Origin: an uncultured Chloroflexia bacterium
Lineage (GTDB): Bacteria; Chloroflexota; Limnocylindria; Limnocylindrales; CSP1-4
Length of the DNA stretch: 64,000 bases
Direction of reading: 5' to 3'
Assembly (NCBI GenBank): GCA_963833285.1
Contig: CAWHXM010000004.1
Location: forward strand, 192,481-256,480
Positions 48,401-56,778 of the stretch are shown in pieces. Position numbers and translations under genes: made by a program. Below the pieces are notes generated by a model, which saw only the letters and a list, made by a program, of their open reading frames with translations, did no database searches and was not told the DNA's origin. Each line of letters opens with the position of its first letter. Within the stretch, counting starts at the first letter, position 1.

Positions 48401-49143
48401 GCGGCCGCGTCATGCCAGCGGGCGTGCATCGCGAGCAGGAGTGCACTCGCGAGCTCCTCGGCGGTCGACTCCCGCGTGGCCTGCTGCTCCGCCTGGGCGG
48501 CGAGCCGGCGCGCCTGTGGGCGCAGCTCGCCGAGGATGTCCTCCGCCCGCGCCAGGTTCGCTTCCGATTCGACGAGCTGCTCCTCCGCGCGCCGCCGGCG
48601 GCGTTCATGGCGCCGGACCCCGGCGACCTCCTCGAACAGGGGGCGCCGCTCCTCCGGCCGCAACGCGAGCGCCTGGTCGACCATTCCCTGCCCGATGAAC
48701 AGGAAGGCGTTGTCGGCGAGGTGGGCCGCGTCGAGCAGGTCGACGAGGTCGCGCAGCCGGATGCGGCTCTTGTTGAGAAGGTAGTCGTTCTCACCGGAGC
48801 GGTACAGCCGGCGCCCCAGTTCGAGGATCTGGAACTCCACAGGGAGGAGCCCGTCGGCGTTGTCGAGGACGAGGGTCACGTCGGCCATGCCCTGTGCGGC
48901 GCGCTTCTCCGAGCCCGCCCAGATCACGTCCTCCGAGCGCCGCGATCGAAGCGCCCGACCCTGCTCGCCGAGCGCCCAGCGCAGGGCGTCCGCGAGGTTG
49001 CTCTTGCCCGATCCGTTGGGCCCGACCACCGCGCTGATCCCCGGGCCGAACTCGACGTTGGTCCGTTCGGCGAAGGACTTGAAGCCCTGCAGCCGGAGCG
49101 CCAGCAGGCGCGGCTCGGCGGGCAGCGGGTCGGGCAGCGTCAC
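45454..49143 (-). CDS. smc: chromosome segregation protein SMC
   Basis: 1229 aa. GPNGSGKSN, long coiled coils, hinge, LSGGERALTAVALLFA, Walker B CVLDEVDAALD. Confidence 0.96.
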   Translation of the reverse strand: MTLPDPLPAEPRLLALRLQGFKSFAERTNVEFGPGISAVVGPNGSGKSNLADALRWALGEQGRALRSRRSEDVIWAGSEKRAAQGMADVTLVLDNADGLLPVEFQILELGRRLYRSGENDYLLNKSRIRLRDLVDLLDAAHLADNAFLFIGQGMVDQALALRPEERRPLFEEVAGVRRHERRRRRAEEQLVESEANLARAEDILGELRPQARRLAAQAEQQATRESTAEELASALLLAMHARWHDAAARLGAAEADRDAARELVDRAMAELAAAEAAAAVLSGELAMRATLERERREAHDTASSAATAAQVRDARLTSELEALERDRRRLFEERAAAEAEVAAGSRALAAPVPPRDLDLEGMLGEAERELAHALAELGTLRSARQAQGEELAALRRAAAARQAEGETARRRLSEAERRADDQGEQAAASAARRAGLEADVARARAALAACTEAERAAATRREAARERANATEAGRAAAHERAVATSASAAAIRARLDGLEARLAEEESRGIARAARRAGGRRLDEDLAIDPALRAAVEAALADATRAYVVGADAVPSLAAERGSLIVAERAAGQPGGDDARERRFREALAAAGGGTLDTAVRRDTTGAARRLLARAAWLPDVAACLAIQPALPPGWIAVPRDGSAVVGDLGVTFGAAESVLERRAETERLAREVETLDLHVADLRASAIRAAADAQAAIDGAEAARAEEARTSGARRAAEEAERLAARQLETVVREASWHEAQAERLAADLERARLAVAAADADAARPADVSAPTADPGGADGPALAAWEARATELRARRDRLAEEAGTRDAARRDAEHRRSRAEASTAMAEERMARADRDVAALAERERSLAVERDALRSEISATTAREAAARVALSEVHAAETADRELLADTERDASEARERLRAADARLRAADHVDLEARLGLEALHESVVVEIGGLGELGIARLREAGGAPRDDPRGALLYVAADDDAISDEVAALEAALARVTPLWAARPPSALPPSSIRLGQLRRRFHELGAVNPYAVDEYAALKSRLETLELQASDLRTAIVKTRDLIAELDSMIADRFRTTFAALESAFANRFEQLFGGGFAKLSLTDPTDLGSTGIEIVARPPGKKAQALAMLSGGERALTAVALLFAMLEVRPVPFCVLDEVDAALDEANIGRFADALRSLAHQTQFIVITHNRGTIEAADALYGVTVGDDSVSRVISLRLEEAQALAARDRGVAAAAG

Positions 49144-49865
49144 GTGCCGGTCCCTTCCGGGCCGGACCAGGCACCGGTCCGCCGCAACTGCTCGAGCGCC
49201 TGGGCCGCGGCGGCCGTCTCGGCGGTCCGTCGGGACGGCCCCTCGCCGACGCCCAGCATCTCCCCGTCGACCCAGACCTCGATGCGGAACGACTTCTCGT
49301 GGTCCGGACCGGATGCATCGAGCATCCGATACGAGGGACGATCCCCGGACCGACGCTGAGTGTACTCCTGGAGCCGGCTCTTGGGGCTCTTGAGGCTGCC
49401 GATCGGCGCCTCGGCCGCGAGCTCCGGGTCGGCCAGCCGGATCAGCCAGTCGCGCACGGGTTCGAAGCCAAGATCGAGATACAGCGCACCGGCGACTGCC
49501 TCGAACGTCGACGCGAGGAGCGACGGCCGGCGCCGCCCGTTGCGCTGGGCCTCACCCTCGCCGAGCAGGAGCGCCTGGCCGAGCGCGATCCGGCCGGCCA
49601 GCCGGGCAAGACCGGTCGTCGACACGATGGCGGCGCGCCGGGCGCTCAGGTAGCCCTCGTCGTCGTCGGGATGGCGGGCATAGAGCGCCTCCGAGATGGC
49701 CAGGTTGACCACGCTGTCGCCGAGGAACTCGAGGCGTTCATTGTGGCCGAGCGCGGCGTCGCGATGCTCGTGGTGCCAGCTCGAGTGGACGAGGGCCTGT
49801 TCCAGCAGGTCGATATCGCGGACCGGCAGGCCGATCCGCGCCGCAAAGGCCTCGCCGGGACGCAC
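49140..49865 (-). CDS. rnc: ribonuclease III
   Basis: 241 aa. NERLEFLGDSV signature and a C-terminal dsRBD. The smc GTG overlaps its stop (GTGA). Confidence 0.94.
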   Translation of the reverse strand: MRPGEAFAARIGLPVRDIDLLEQALVHSSWHHEHRDAALGHNERLEFLGDSVVNLAISEALYARHPDDDEGYLSARRAAIVSTTGLARLAGRIALGQALLLGEGEAQRNGRRRPSLLASTFEAVAGALYLDLGFEPVRDWLIRLADPELAAEAPIGSLKSPKSRLQEYTQRRSGDRPSYRMLDASGPDHEKSFRIEVWVDGEMLGVGEGPSRRTAETAAAAQALEQLRRTGAWSGPEGTGT

Positions 49866-49898
49866 GCTGACGTGGTCCGGTCGGCGCCGACCGAGCGG

Positions 49899-50135
49899 CT
49901 AGGAAGCGCGCTCGTCGATGTAGTCGACGGCGTCCTGGACCGTGCGGATCTTCTCCGCGTCCTCGTCGGAGATCTCCGTCCCGAACTCCTCTTCGAGGCT
50001 CATGATGAGCTCCACGAGGTCCAGCGAGTCGGCGTTCAGGTCGTCGACGAACGACGCCTCCGGCTTGACCTCATCCTCGTCGGCGCCGAGCTGCTCGACG
50101 ACGATCTTCTTGAGGCGCTCGTACGTTGTTGCCAC
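49899..50135 (-). CDS. acpP: acyl carrier protein
   Basis: 78 aa. GTG start 4 nt after [28 protein letters not shown]. Confidence 0.95.
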   Translation of the reverse strand: MATTYERLKKIVVEQLGADEDEVKPEASFVDDLNADSLDLVELIMSLEEEFGTEISDEDAEKIRTVQDAVDYIDERAS

Positions 50136-50601
50136 TGACTCCCTCCTCGGAGCTGGGTGTTGGTGCCGTCGGCCGGGCGCCGCTGGGCTCCGCTGCGATG
50201 TTCCCGAGGACGCCGTTCATGAGGCGTCGCATCGGTTCTCCACTGTAGGTGCGTGCCAGCTCGACCCACTCGGCGATGGCCACCCGGGCCGGCGTGGCCG
50301 AGTGTAGCACCTCGGATATGGCGCAACGGAGCAGGGCCCGGTCCATCCGCGCGAGGCCCGTGACCGGGTACTGGCGGGCCCGCCGGGTGATCTCCGCGTC
50401 GATCGCATCGCGGTGTTCCATGACCGCCGCGACCAGCTCGCGGGCGAGGCTCGCCGCATTCGCGTCGCGCTCCTCCGCGGCGAGGTGCCGTTCGAGGACG
50501 GCGTCGGCGGTTCGCTGCCCGAAGTCGGCCTCGAAGACCGCCGCCAGTGCCAGCCGGCGGCCCGTCCGCCGGCCGCGGACGCGGTCAGCCCCCGACGCCA
50601 T
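50071..50601 (-). CDS. nusB: transcription antitermination factor NusB (tail overlaps acpP by 65 nt)
   Basis: 176 aa. [56 protein letters not shown]. Confidence 0.88.
   Translation of the reverse strand: MASGADRVRGRRTGRRLALAAVFEADFGQRTADAVLERHLAAEERDANAASLARELVAAVMEHRDAIDAEITRRARQYPVTGLARMDRALLRCAISEVLHSATPARVAIAEWVELARTYSGEPMRRLMNGVLGNIAAEPSGARPTAPTPSSEEGVSGNNVRAPQEDRRRAARRRRG
50301..50309 (-). promoter_or_regulatory. extended -10 motif (gTGcTACACT) inside nusB, ~165 nt upstream of acpP
   Basis: Minus-strand GTGCTACACT. The same 10-mer is found upstream of rpsB. Confidence 0.35.
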
Positions 50602-50899
50602 CGACCAGCACGGTCACCGCCCCGAGCTCGAGCCCGAGCAGCCGTTCCACGGTCGCCGCGACGGTCGTCCGGATCTGCGCGGTCAACGGCTCGAGCGGCT
50701 GCCCGGGCCGGGCGACCACCCAGAGGCGAACGACGACGCGCTCGTCGCCGATGCGGACGGAGACCGCGGGCCCGCCGACGATCCGCCGCCAGGCCGCCCC
50801 GCCCCGACCAACTCGGGCGACGCCGGGCACCTCGAACGCGGCGAGCCGTACGAGCTCCGTGATGACCCCTCGGCCGACCGTCAGCTCCGGACCGCTCAC
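50585..50899 (-). CDS. Asp23/Gls24 family envelope-stress protein
   Basis: 104 aa from GTG 50899 (GTGA overlap with the plsX stop). GVITELVRLAAFEVPGVARV...VVVRLWVVARPGQPLEPLTAQIRTTVAATV. Confidence 0.85.
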   Translation of the reverse strand: MSGPELTVGRGVITELVRLAAFEVPGVARVGRGGAAWRRIVGGPAVSVRIGDERVVVRLWVVARPGQPLEPLTAQIRTTVAATVERLLGLELGAVTVLVDGVGG

Positions 50900-52005
50900 G
50901 ATCCCTCCTCGGACGCACCGACGACCGCCGGCGCCGCCACGGCCGCCGGCGCCGTCGCGGGCGCCACCTGCCACGCTGCGGCGCCACTGAGCGATTCGGC
51001 GATGAGCGCCGGAACCCCGGTGCGGGCGGTCGCTGCCGCGACCTCGCAGGCGTAGGTCACCATCCGGCGCTTCGCCCGTCCGTGGGTGATGATGACCGTC
51101 CCCCGGACCCCGAGCAACGGCGACCCGCCGACCTTCTCGTAGTCGAAGATGCCACGGATCCGCCCGACCCCGGGTCGCAGCAGCAGATACGCCAGGCGGC
51201 CACGCAGCGACCGCTCGAACTCCCCGCGCCAAAGGTCGAAGATGTAGCCCGACAGGCCCTCGAAGAACTTGATCACGACGTTGCCGAGGACCGCGTCGCA
51301 GACCACCACGTCGGCCAGGTGGCGGGTCAAGTCCTTGCCTTCGACGTTGCCCTCGAATTGGAGGCCGGACGCGTCGAGCAGCTCCGACGCGCGCTGGATC
51401 CGGGCATCACCCTTGCCCTTCTCCTCGCCGATCGACAGGAGCGCCACGCGTGGCCGGGCGACGCCCAGGACGCGCTCGGCGAAGATCGCGCCCATCTGGG
51501 CGTACTGGACGAGGTTCTCCGGGGTCGAATTGGGGTTCGCGCCGATGTCGAGCAGGACCATCGGACCGCCGGAGGTGATCATCTGCACGGCGAGCGCCGG
51601 GCGATCGACACCGGGCAGCCGGCCCAGTCGCAGGACGGCGGCGGCCATCCCGGCGCCCGTGTGGCCGGCGGTCACGACCGCGTCCGCCTCACCACGCTTG
51701 ACGAGGTCGACCCCGACGACGATCGACGAGTCCTTCTTCTCGCGCAGGGCGAGGGCCGGGTGCTCGTCCATGCCGATGACCTGGCCGGCGTGGACGATCG
51801 AGACGTTGGCCGGCAGCGCGCCACCGAGGGAGCGGACGACCGCCTCGTCCCCGACGAGGATCACGCGGTCCTCAGGGTAGGCTCGGGCATGATCGAGCGC
51901 GCCCGGGACGACCTCCGACGGACCATGATCGCCGCCCATCGCGTCGACGGCGACGCGGACCCCGCTGCCCGCCGGTCGGGCTGGTCCGGGCTGCGGCTCG
52001 GTCAC
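50896..52005 (-). CDS. plsX: phosphate acyltransferase PlsX
   Basis: 369 aa. VAVDAMGGDHGP, TAGHTGA, GANP. Confidence 0.95.
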   Translation of the reverse strand: MTEPQPGPARPAGSGVRVAVDAMGGDHGPSEVVPGALDHARAYPEDRVILVGDEAVVRSLGGALPANVSIVHAGQVIGMDEHPALALREKKDSSIVVGVDLVKRGEADAVVTAGHTGAGMAAAVLRLGRLPGVDRPALAVQMITSGGPMVLLDIGANPNSTPENLVQYAQMGAIFAERVLGVARPRVALLSIGEEKGKGDARIQRASELLDASGLQFEGNVEGKDLTRHLADVVVCDAVLGNVVIKFFEGLSGYIFDLWRGEFERSLRGRLAYLLLRPGVGRIRGIFDYEKVGGSPLLGVRGTVIITHGRAKRRMVTYACEVAAATARTGVPALIAESLSGAAAWQVAPATAPAAVAAPAVVGASEEGS

Positions 52006-52009
52006 CGCG

Positions 52010-52210
52010 TCAGCGCGCGGCGTCGTCTGCGGCTGGCTTGATCTGGACCGCCAGGCGACCCTGGTAGTAGCCGCAGTTCGGGCAGACGTGGTGCGGCAAC
52101 TTCATCTCGTGGCAGTGCGAGCACTCCTCGAGCGTCGGCACGCTGATGGCGAGGTGCGATCGCCGCTCGCCCTGTCGGGCATGCGAGACGCGTCGCTTGG
52201 GTACACCCAT
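52010..52210 (-). CDS. rpmF: 50S ribosomal protein L32
   Basis: 66 aa. MGVPKRRVSHARQGERRSH, Zn-ribbon CSHC...CPNCG. Confidence 0.95.
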   Translation of the reverse strand: MGVPKRRVSHARQGERRSHLAISVPTLEECSHCHEMKLPHHVCPNCGYYQGRLAVQIKPAADDAAR

Positions 52211-52309
52211 GAGGTCGGAGGCTCCTTCGGATCATCGCGCGGTGGCGATGCGTTCGCTGACGTCGGGGCGTTCCGGGACCTCGGACGGAGGTTGTCGGAC
52301 CGACGGCGG

Positions 52310-52315
52310 AGTGTA
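52310..52315 (-). promoter_or_regulatory. -10 element TACACT (gcgcTACACT) upstream of rpmF
   Basis: Minus-strand GCGCTACACT about 100 nt upstream of the rpmF ATG, just after the DUF177 stop. Confidence 0.35.
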
Positions 52316-52335
52316 GCGCGAAATGGGCCCCCCTG

Positions 52336-52893
52336 TCAGGCGTCGTCGGCGTGGAAGCTGCGCAGGGCCTCCAGGCGGGGGTCGACGTCGTCGTCCGGAT
52401 GATCGTGTGGGCCGTCGTCGAGCCGCTCGCCGCAGACGATGCACAGGCCGGGGCAGTCCGGCCGGCAGAGCGGCGCGATCGGCTCGGCGATGACGATCGC
52501 GTCACGGACGGCCGGCTCGAGATCGAGCTCGTGGTGATCGCTCAGGCGACTGACGTCGGGCTCGTCGTCGGTGGCGAGCGGTCGCCCGGTCGCGAGGTCG
52601 AGCGACGGCAGGAATTCCTCCTGGAGTCGGATCTCGACCGGGTAGACGACCTCGCGCAGGCAGCGGCTGCACTCGAGACCCAGCGCGGTCCGCAGGTCCG
52701 CCGCGGCCAGGATCCCGCGGTTCGTCCGGAGCAGCCGGATGCGACCCTCGACCGGCGCCGCCAGACGCAGGTCGTCGCCGAGGTCGATCGTGATGTCGCC
52801 GACCTGGTGGACGCGGTCCGCACCCGGATCGTCGGCCAGCAGGCCTGCGACGTTCCACGCCAGCGGCCCGTCGAGCGGCCCGCCGGCGGTCAC
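52336..52893 (-). CDS. DUF177 (YceD-like) protein
   Basis: 185 aa with a GTG start. Cys motifs CSRCLREV and CRPDCPGLCIVCG, in the classic position upstream of rpmF. Confidence 0.85.
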   Translation of the reverse strand: MTAGGPLDGPLAWNVAGLLADDPGADRVHQVGDITIDLGDDLRLAAPVEGRIRLLRTNRGILAAADLRTALGLECSRCLREVVYPVEIRLQEEFLPSLDLATGRPLATDDEPDVSRLSDHHELDLEPAVRDAIVIAEPIAPLCRPDCPGLCIVCGERLDDGPHDHPDDDVDPRLEALRSFHADDA

Positions 52894-53426
52894 CGTGTCG
52901 TCGGCGACGGCTCCGCCTCGTCCTCCCAGGACTGGCCCTCGCCCTCGTCGTCAAGGCCGGCGCGGTCCGCCCCGAGGGACGCGCGACGCTCGTCGAGGAG
53001 CTCGATCCCCTTCTTGATGCTGGTGAGCGTCTTCACCACGTCGCCCTCGAGGCCGACCAGGACGCTGACCGCGTACTCGTCCGCACCGCGCCGGATCTCG
53101 TCGGCGTCGCGGTGCGCGTCGGCGATGATGTCGCGGCTCTGCGCCTCGGCGGCCTGGGTCAGCCCGCGTTCGTCGATGAGGTAGGCGGCCTGCTCCTGTG
53201 CCCGGCCGACGATCCGCTCGGCCTCCTCCTGGGCCTTCTCGATGATGCGCTCGCCCTCGGCGTTGATCCGCTTCGCGGCGCGGACCTCCTCGGGGACCGC
53301 GACGCGAAGCTCGTCGATCAGTCCGAGCGCCGCGTTCTGGTCGACGACGACGTTCGTCGTGAGCGGCAGCTTCTTGCCGTTGGCGATGAGCGATTCGAGG
53401 CGCTCGACGAGGAAGATGATGTCGAT
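52890..53426 (-). CDS. coiled-coil protein (ATP synthase b / V-ATPase G-like or DivIVA-like repeats), apparent ATC start; not in the ORF track
   Basis: Open frame of 178 codons between the TGA at 53465 and the TGA at 52890. (I)DIIFLVERLESLIANGKKLPLTTNVVVDQNAALGLIDELRVAVPEEVRAAKRINAEGERIIEKAQEEAERIV... SD GGAGGG lies 7 nt before ATC 53426. The stop overlaps the DUF177 GTG (GTGA). Confidence 0.7.
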   Translation of the reverse strand: MDIIFLVERLESLIANGKKLPLTTNVVVDQNAALGLIDELRVAVPEEVRAAKRINAEGERIIEKAQEEAERIVGRAQEQAAYLIDERGLTQAAEAQSRDIIADAHRDADEIRRGADEYAVSVLVGLEGDVVKTLTSIKKGIELLDERRASLGADRAGLDDEGEGQSWEDEAEPSPTTR

Positions 53427-53498
53427 CGGAGTGCCCTCCAGGCTGATGGGACGCTGCGTCGCTCAGGCTGGACCCAAGTATCGCACGCGGGCCGGGGC

Positions 53499-53999
53499 TC
53501 AGCGTCTGTCGGACGCCGCGGCCAGGGCGTCCCGGGCTGCGGCCGGGACCATCCCCGAGATGTCGCCACCGAAGCTCGCGATCTCCTTGACCAGGCTGGA
53601 GCTGACGTAGCCGTTCTCGACCGAAGTCATGAAGAAGACCGTGTCGACCTCCGGCGCCAGCACCCGGTTGTTATGGGCCAGCTGCATCTCGGACTCGAAG
53701 TCGCTGATGGCGCGCAGCCCGCGGACGATGGCGTTCGCACCGTTCGCCCGACAGAACTCGACTGTGAGGCCGTCGAACGCCTTGACCTCGAGGTGATCGA
53801 GGAGCGGGCCGGCGGTGGCGCGCAGCGCCTCGCGGATGACCGCGATCCGCGTCTCGACCGGGAAGAGTGGCGACTTCCGCGGATTCGCCAGGACGCCGAT
53901 GATGACCTGGTCGAAGACGGTCGCGGCGCGGGCCACGATGTCGAGGTGGCCGTTGGTGATCGGGTCGAACGAGCCGGGATAGACCGCGATCGTGTTCAT
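53499..53999 (-). CDS. coaD: phosphopantetheine adenylyltransferase
   Basis: 166 aa from ATG 53999 (ATGA overlap with the rsmD stop). AVYPGSFDPITNGHLDI, ISDFESE. Confidence 0.95.
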   Translation of the reverse strand: MNTIAVYPGSFDPITNGHLDIVARAATVFDQVIIGVLANPRKSPLFPVETRIAVIREALRATAGPLLDHLEVKAFDGLTVEFCRANGANAIVRGLRAISDFESEMQLAHNNRVLAPEVDTVFFMTSVENGYVSSSLVKEIASFGGDISGMVPAAARDALAAASDRR

Positions 54000-54568
54000 C
54001 GATCCTCCTGGCAGCGATAGAACGTCAGCGTCGTCTCGCCGAAGCGGCGCTCGCGCTCGGATGCTAGCAGCCCCACCCGCACGGGCGGCGGGTCCCGCCA
54101 GAAGTGCTTCGCGACTACCCGCGCGCCGGCCGGGAGCAGCGGCTCGAGCGCTGCGAGGGCCGTCGCGAGCAGCTCGGTCTCGGCGTACGGCGGGTCGACG
54201 ATGACGATGTCGAACGGTCCTGCGGCGGACGCCGCCGGCCCGCGCAGCCACGCGATCGCGTCGGCCCGCACGACCCGGGCTCGCTCCCTCGACAGGTGGG
54301 TCCGCCCGAGGTTCACAGCGATGACCGCGGCGGCGCCCTTGTCGCGCTCGACGAACGTCGCGTGCGCGGCACCGCGTGACAGCGCCTCCAGCCCGGCGGC
54401 CCCGGACCCCGCGAACAGGTCGAGCACGTTCGCGCCCGGCAGGTCGGGCTCGAGGATCGCGAACAGGGTCTGCTTGACGCGATCGGCCAGCGGCCGGGTC
54501 GCGGGTCCGGGTGCCTCGAGGCGGATCCCGCGCGCGTCGCCGGCGATGATCCGGCCGGCGTCAGGCAC
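53996..54568 (-). CDS. rsmD: 16S rRNA (guanine966-N2)-methyltransferase RsmD
   Basis: 190 aa. VLDLFAGSGAAGLEALSRGA, VIVDPPY. Confidence 0.9.
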   Translation of the reverse strand: MPDAGRIIAGDARGIRLEAPGPATRPLADRVKQTLFAILEPDLPGANVLDLFAGSGAAGLEALSRGAAHATFVERDKGAAAVIAVNLGRTHLSRERARVVRADAIAWLRGPAASAAGPFDIVIVDPPYAETELLATALAALEPLLPAGARVVAKHFWRDPPPVRVGLLASERERRFGETTLTFYRCQEDR

Positions 54569-54601
54569 GCGCGCGCCCGCGGCCGGCCGACCCCAGGCCC
54601 G

Positions 54602-56776
54602 TCATGCGCCGCTCGCCGGCTCGGCCGCGGCGACCCGACGGAGCCAGCCGGAGGCCAGTTCTGCGGCGAGGGCGGGCCTCGGTGGGTCCATGAGGCCATC
54701 GGCGTCGAGCAATGCCTCCGCATGGGCTCGCGCTCGGACAGCGAGCTCGCGATGGGCGGCGACCTGGAGCGAGGCGACCCGCAATCGCGGGAACCCGCTC
54801 TGCGCGAGACCGAGCACGTCGCCCTCCTTGCGCAGCTCGAAATCCTTCTCCGCGAGCTCGAACCCGTCATGCGTTTCGGCGACCGCCTTGAGCCGCGCCT
54901 GGGCGACCTCGTCGGTCGAGTCCGAGACCAGCACGCAGAACGACTCAACAGATCCGCGGCCGACGCGCCCGCGCAACTGGTGGAGCTGCGCCAGACCGAA
55001 GCGGTCCGCGCCCTCGACGATCATCATCGTCGCGGCCGGCACGTCGACCCCGACCTCGACCACGGTCGTGCCGACCAGGACGTCCAGCTCCCCATCGCGG
55101 AAGCGCGTCATCTCCGCGTCGCGTTCGGCGGGCTTGAGCCGGCCGTGGACCATGCCGACCCGGAGCGGCTCGAGCAGCGCCGCGAGGCGGACGGCCTCGC
55201 TCTCGGCGGCCAGCGCGCCGTCGGCCTCGTCGCCGCCCTCCTCGATGAGCGGGACGACCACGAACGTGCGGTGACCGAGCGCCGCCTCCGCGCGGACCTT
55301 GCGCCAGGTGCCCTCGAGCTCGGTGGGCCGGCGGATCCCGGTGCGGATCTGGACCCGGCCGGCGGGCGGCGTCCGCAGGTCCGACACGTCGAGGTCGGCA
55401 TACAGGACCTGGCCGAGGGTCCGCGGGATTGGCGTCGCGGTCATGAGCAGGACGTGCGGCGAGCGGCCGCCGGCCTTCGCCTCGAGGGCGCCTCGCTGGT
55501 CGACGCCGAAGCGGTGCTGCTCATCGATGACGACCAGCCCGAGATCCGCGAACGAGACCGATTCCTGGATCAGGGCGTGGGTCCCGACGACGACGAGGGC
55601 CTGGCCCGACGCGATCGACTCCTGCGCCTTCGCCTTCACGTCCGCCCGGAGCGACCCGGCGAGCAGCGTGACCCCGATGCCGACGCCGTCGAGCAGCGCA
55701 CCCACGGTCTCGAGGTGCTGCCGGGCGAGGAGGTCGGTCGGCGCGAGCAGCGCTCCCTGGAGGCCGGCCCGGGCGATGGCCGCGAGGGCGAACGCCGCGA
55801 CCGCGGTCTTGCCCGACCCGACGTCGCCCTGGAGCAGCCGAAGCATCGGCGTCGGGCGCGCCAGGTCTTCGCGGATCGCCGTCATCGTGACGTCCTGGTC
55901 CACGGTCAGTTCGACGGGCCGGCCGACCCGGACGGCCAGAGACGAGACGATCGCCGACCGGACGGACGCGTCCGCGGCGGCATCGAGCTCGACCCGCGGC
56001 GCCGCGTCGCGGATCCGCTGGCGGCGCCGCTGGACCATCCCGAGCTGGAGTGCAAAGAGCTCGTCGAAGGCGAGCCGTCGAAGGGCCGCGTCCCGGCCCT
56101 CGAAGGAGTCCGGGTAGTGGGCCTCCTCGACCGCCCGGGCGATGGGCACGAGCCGCTCCTCGGCGACGATGTCCACCGGCAGGTATTCCGGGTAGGCGTA
56201 GCCGGCCCGGTCGAGCGCCTCCCGGATGGCGGACCGCAGGCGGATCGAGGTCAGGCCCGCGGTCAGCGGATAGACGGGCACGATGCGGCCCGCGTGGAGG
56301 AGCTCCGTGTCGTCCGCCACGACCTGGAACTCGGGGTTGTCCAGCGTCAGCCGGCGGCCGAAATGCTTGACCTTGCCGGACACCACGATCTCGGCGCCGA
56401 CGGCGAGCCGGCGCTCGATGAAGCGGCGGCCGAACCAGGTCGCATCGATGCTGCCGGTGTCGTCCTCGAGCCGCGCGATGGTCCGCTGGGTGCGCCCGCG
56501 GAAGCCCGGCTCGACCCGGACGTCGCCGACCCGTGCCTGGGCCGACACGACCGTCCCGTCCCGCTCCCAGACGAGGTCGCCGAGCCGCCGCATCTCGCGC
56601 AGGTCGTCGTAGCGCCGGGGCAGGTGGAACAGGAGATCGCGGACCGTGTAGAAGTCCAGCTTGATCCCGGCCCGACGCAGCGCCGCACCGGCTGCCAGCC
56701 CGGACTGCGCCAGCGGCGTCGACAGCAGCTCGATCGGATCGGTCGGGGCCGGAGGCCGGCTCGTCGCCCTGGCCAC
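54602..56776 (-). CDS. recG: ATP-dependent DNA helicase RecG
   Basis: 724 aa. Wedge domain, GDVGSGKT, VIDEQHRFG, QLHQLRGRVGRG. Confidence 0.95.
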   Translation of the reverse strand: MARATSRPPAPTDPIELLSTPLAQSGLAAGAALRRAGIKLDFYTVRDLLFHLPRRYDDLREMRRLGDLVWERDGTVVSAQARVGDVRVEPGFRGRTQRTIARLEDDTGSIDATWFGRRFIERRLAVGAEIVVSGKVKHFGRRLTLDNPEFQVVADDTELLHAGRIVPVYPLTAGLTSIRLRSAIREALDRAGYAYPEYLPVDIVAEERLVPIARAVEEAHYPDSFEGRDAALRRLAFDELFALQLGMVQRRRQRIRDAAPRVELDAAADASVRSAIVSSLAVRVGRPVELTVDQDVTMTAIREDLARPTPMLRLLQGDVGSGKTAVAAFALAAIARAGLQGALLAPTDLLARQHLETVGALLDGVGIGVTLLAGSLRADVKAKAQESIASGQALVVVGTHALIQESVSFADLGLVVIDEQHRFGVDQRGALEAKAGGRSPHVLLMTATPIPRTLGQVLYADLDVSDLRTPPAGRVQIRTGIRRPTELEGTWRKVRAEAALGHRTFVVVPLIEEGGDEADGALAAESEAVRLAALLEPLRVGMVHGRLKPAERDAEMTRFRDGELDVLVGTTVVEVGVDVPAATMMIVEGADRFGLAQLHQLRGRVGRGSVESFCVLVSDSTDEVAQARLKAVAETHDGFELAEKDFELRKEGDVLGLAQSGFPRLRVASLQVAAHRELAVRARAHAEALLDADGLMDPPRPALAAELASGWLRRVAAAEPASGA

Positions 56777-56778
56777 GC

